A DNA stretch of 64,000 nt from Nemertoderma westbladi (lineage: Eukaryota > Animalia > Xenacoelomorpha). The notes beneath the pieces are model-generated. The model worked only from the letters and a program-made list of their open reading frames with translations, was not told the origin of the DNA and searched no databases. The stretch covers positions 1 to 64,000 of the forward strand of contig JAUCBJ010009045.1 of assembly GCA_032718475.1 (NCBI GenBank). The letters are read 5' to 3'. Numbering within the stretch: the stretch's first letter is position 1; every line of letters starts with the position of its first letter. A program made the position numbers and the translations under genes. Below, piece after piece: positions 59,190-64,000 of the stretch.

Positions 59190-62100
59190 ATATCTAATAT
59201 TAATGGTGTTCGAGGTGAGTTGGAGTTGATGCGTAAAGATATAGATCTAATTACAACATATCTAAGATTAATGGTGTACGAGGTGAGTTGGAGTTGATGC
59301 GTAAAGATATAGATCTAATTACAACATATCTAAGATTAATGGTGTTCGAGGTGAGTTGGAGTTGATGCGTAAAGATATAGATCTAATTACAACATATCTA
59401 AGATTAATGGTGTTCGAGGTGAGTTGGAGTTGATGCGTAAAGATATAGATCTAATTACAACATATCTAAGATTAATGGTGTACGAGGTGAGTTGGAGTTG
59501 ATGCGTAAAGATATAGATCTAATTAGAACATATCTAAGATTAATGGTGTACGAGGTGAGTTGGAGTTGATGCGTAAAGATATAGATCTAATTACAACATA
59601 TCTAAGATTAATGGTGTTCGAGGTGAGTTGGAGTTGATGCGTAAAGATATAGATCTAATTACAACATATCTAAGATTAATGGTGTTCGAGGTGAGTTGGA
59701 GTTGATGCCTAAAGATATAGATCTAATTACAACATATCTAAGATTAATGGTGTTCGAGGTGAGTTGGAGTTGATGCGTAAAGATATAGATCTAATTACAA
59801 CATATCTAAGATTAATGGTGTTCGAGGTGAGTTGGAGTTGATGCCGTAAAGATATAGATCTAATTACAACATATCTAAGATTAATGGTGTTCGAGGTGAG
59901 TTGGAGTTGATGCGTAAAGATATAGATCTAATTACAACATATCTAAGATTAATGGTGTACGAGGTGAGTTGGAGTTGATGCGTAAAGATATAGATCTAAT
60001 TACAACATATCTAAGATTAATGGTGTACGAGGTGAGTTGGAGTTGATGCGTAAAGATATAGATCTAATTACAACATATCTAAGATTAATGGTGTACGAGG
60101 TGAGTTGGAGTTGATGCGTAAAGATATAGATCTAATTACAACATATCTAAGATTAATGGTGTACGAGGTGAGTTGGAGTTGATGCGTAAAGATATAGATC
60201 TAATTACAACATATCTAAGATTAATGGTGTTCGAGGTGAGTTGGAGTTGATGCGTAAAGATATAGATCTAATTAGAACATATCTAAGATTAATGGTGTTC
60301 GAGGTGAGTTGGAGTTGATGCGTAAAGATATAGATCTAATTACAACATATCTAAGATTAATGGTGTTCGAGGTGAGTTGGAGTTGATGCGTAAAGATATA
60401 GATCTAATTAGAACATATCTAAGATTAATGGTGTTCGAGGTGAGTTGGAGTTGATGCGTAAAGATATAGATCTAATTACAACATATCTAAGATTAATGGT
60501 GTTCGAGGTGAGTTGGAGTTGATGCGTAAAGATATAGATCTAATTAGAACATATCTAAGATTAATGGTGTTCGAGGTGAGTTGGAGTTGATGCGTAAAGA
60601 TATAGATCTAATTACAACATATCTAAGATTAATGGTGTTCGAGGTGAGTTGGAGTTGATGCGTAAAGATATAGATCTAATTAGAACATATCTAAGATTAA
60701 TGGTGTTCGAGGTGAGTTGGAGTTGATGCGTAAAGATATAGATCTAATTACAACATATCTAAGATTAATGGTGTTCGAGGTGAGTTGGAGTTGATGCGTA
60801 AAGATATAGATCTAATTACAACATATCTAAGATTAATGGTGTTCGAGGTGAGTTGGAGTTGATGCGTAAAGATATAGATCTAATTAGAACATATCTAAGA
60901 TTAATGGTGTTCGAGGTGAGTTGGAGTTGATGCGTAAAGATATAGATCTAATTACAACATATCTAAGATTAATGGTGTACGAGGTGAGTTGGAGTTGATG
61001 CGTAAAGATATAGATCTAATTACAACATATCTAAGATTAATGGTGTTCGAGGTGAGTTGGAGTTGATGCGTAAAGATATAGATCTAATTAGAACATATCT
61101 AAGATTAATGGTGTTCGAGGTGAGTTGGAGTTGATGCGTAAAGATATAGATCTAATTACAACATATCTAAGATTAATGGTGTTCGAGGTGAGTTGGAGTT
61201 GATGCGTAAAGATATAGATCTAATTAGAACATATCTAAGATTAATGGTGTTCGAGGTGAGTTGGAGTTGATGCGTAAAGATATAGATCTAATTACAACAT
61301 ATCTAAGATTAATGGTGTTCGAGGTGAGTTGGAGTTGATGCGTAAAGATATAGATCTAATTACAACATATCTAAGATTAATGGTGTTCGAGGTGAGTTGG
61401 AGTTGATGCGTAAAGATATAGATCTAATTAGAACATATCTAAGATTAATGGTGTTCGAGGTGAGTTGGAGTTGATGCGTAAAGATATAGATCTAATTACA
61501 ACATATCTAAGATTAATGGTGTACGAGGTGAGTTGGAGTTGATGCGTAAAGATATAGATCTAATTAGAACATATCTAAGATTAATGGTGTACGAGGTGAG
61601 TTGGAGTTGATGCGTAAAGATATAGATCTAATTAGAACATATCTAAGATTAATGGTGTACGAGGTGAGTTGGAGTTGATGCGTAAAGATATAGATCTAAT
61701 TAGAACATATCTAAGATTAATGGTGTTCGAGGTGAGTTGGAGTTGATGCGTAAAGATATAGATCTAATTACAACATATCTAAGATTAATGGTGTTCGAGG
61801 TGAGTTGGAGTTGATGCGTAAAGATATAGATCTAATTAGAACATATCTAAGATTAATGGTGTTCGAGGTGAGTTGGAGTTGATGCGTAAAGATATAGATC
61901 TAATTACAACATATCTAAGATTAATGGTGTACGAGGTGAGTTGGAGTTGATGCGTAAAGATATAGATCTAATTAGAACATATCTAAGATTAATGGTGTAC
62001 GAGGTGAGTTGGAGTTGATGCGTAAAGATATAGATCTAATTAGAACATATCTAAGATTAATGGTGTACGAGGTGAGTTGGAGTTGATGCGTAAAGATATA

Positions 62101-64000
62101 GATCTAATTACAACATATCTAAGATTAATGGTGTACGAGGTGAGTTGGAGTTGATGCGTAAAGATATAGATCTAATTAGAACATATCTAAGATTAATGGT
62201 GTTCGAGGTGAGTTGGAGTTGATGCGTAAAGATATAGATCTAATTACAACATATCTAAGATTAATGGTGTTCGAGGTGAGTTGGAGTTGATGCGTAAAGA
62301 TATAGATCTAATTACAACATATCTAAGATTAATGGTGTACGAGGTGAGTTGGAGTTGATGCGTAAAGATATAGATCTAATTAGAACATATCTAAGATTAA
62401 TGGTGTACGAGGTGAGTTGGAGTTGATGCGTAAAGATATAGATCTAATTACAACATATCTAAGATTAATGGTGTACGAGGTGAGTTGGAGTTGATGCGTA
62501 AAGATATAGATCTAATTACAACATATCTAAGATTAATGGTGTTCGAGGTGAGTTGGAGTTGATGCGTAAAGATATAGATCTAATTACAACATATCTAAGA
62601 TTAATGGTGTACGAGGTGAGTTGGAGTTGATGCGTAAAGATATAGATCTAATTACAACATATCTAAGATTAATGGTGTTCGAGGTGAGTTGGAGTTGATG
62701 CGTAAAGATATAGATCTAATTACAACATATCTAAGATTAATGGTGTTCGAGGTGAGTTGGAGTTGATGCGTAAAGATATAGATCTAATTACAACATATCT
62801 AAGATTAATGGTGTTCGAGGTGAGTTGGAGTTGATGCGTAAAGATATAGATCTAATTAGAACATATCTAAGATTAATGGTGTTCGAGGTGAGTTGGAGTT
62901 GATGCGTAAAGATATAGATCTAATTACAACATATCTAAGATTAATGGTGTTCGAGGTGAGTTGGAGTTGATGCGTAAAGATATAGATCTAATTACAACAT
63001 ATCTAAGATTAATGGTGTTCGAGGTGAGTTGGAGTTGATGCGTAAAGATATAGATCTAATTACAACATATCTAAGATTAATGGTGTTCGAGGTGAGTTGG
63101 AGTTGATGCGTAAAGATATAGATCTAATTACAACATATCTAAGATTAATGGTGTTCGAGGTGAGTTGGAGTTGATGCGTAAAGATATAGATCTAATTACA
63201 ACATATCTAAGATTAATGGTGTTCGAGGTGAGTTGGAGTTGATGCGTAAAGATATAGATCTAATTACAACATATCTAAGATTAATGGTGTTCGAGGTGAG
63301 TTGGAGTTGATGCGTAAAGATATAGATCTAATTACAACATATCTAAGATTAATGGTGTTCGAGGTGAGTTGGAGTTGATGCGTAAAGATATAGATCTAAT
63401 TACAACATATCTAAGATTAATGGTGTTCGAGGTGAGTTGGAGTTGATGCGTAAAGATATAGATCTAATTACAACATATCTAAGATTAATGGTGTACGAGG
63501 TGAGTTGGAGTTGATGCGTAAAGATATAGATCTAATTACAACATATCTAAGATTAATGGTGTTCGAGGTGAGTTGGAGTTGATGCGTAAAGATATAGATC
63601 TAATTAGAACATATCTAAGATTAATGGTGTTCGAGGTGAGTTGGAGTTGATGCGTAAAGATATAGATCTAATTACAACATATCTAAGATTAATGGTGTTC
63701 GAGGTGAGTTGGAGTTGATGCGTAAAGATATAGATCTAATTACAACATATCTAAGATTAATGGTGTTCGAGGTGAGTTGGAGTTGATGCGTAAAGATATA
63801 GATCTAATTACAACATATCTAAGATTAATGGTGTTCGAGGTGAGTTGGAGTTGATGCGTAAAGATATAGATCTAATTACAACATATCTAAGATTAATGGT
63901 GTTCGAGGTGAGTTGGAGTTGATGCGTAAAGATATAGATCTAATTACAACATATCTAAGATTAATGGTGTTCGAGGTGAGTTGGAGTTGATGCGTAAAGA
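59190..64000. repeat. 68-bp satellite, about 70 highly homogeneous copies, running off the window end
   Basis: Unit GAGGTGAGTTGGAGTTGATGCGTAAAGATATAGATCTAATTASAACATATCTAAGATTAATGGTGTWC; essentially two variable positions. Confidence 0.98.

Noticed and set aside
36512-64000. CRISPR-like arrays (38-, 61-, 42- and 68-bp periodicities)
   Set aside because: Head-to-tail repeats with no unique spacers, no cas genes, and a eukaryotic context.

Overview
This is AT-rich, repeat-dense eukaryotic DNA with spliceosomal GT-AG introns, most likely from an invertebrate metazoan. It is not prokaryotic, and the very long ORFs in the track are translations of minisatellites. Genes reconstructed by hand: (1) an intronless selenoprotein L gene (1083-1967) whose two ORF-track halves are joined by an in-frame TGA-CTA-CCC-TGA (UxxU) motif, with a well-formed SECIS about 2.8 kb downstream (4768-4841) beyond a TE-borne satellite; (2) a 4-exon KLHDC9-like kelch gene whose intron 2 is largely a 24-bp satellite that starts at the splice donor, each unit reading like a mini-intron; (3) an 8-exon secreted DNase I-family gene with a probable extra C-terminal domain, a three-level transposon nest in intron 4 and a same-strand C2H2 zinc-finger gene in intron 6; (4) synaptobrevin/VAMP on the minus strand; (5) the last two exons of an FBXL/AMN1-type LRR gene on the minus strand. 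Also present are a canonical minimal type I hammerhead ribozyme (8525-8574), a Penelope-like foldback, many MITEs, LINE and SINE remnants, and about ten satellite arrays covering roughly a third of the window. All assignments come from manual reading and recalled family motifs; no database search was run.
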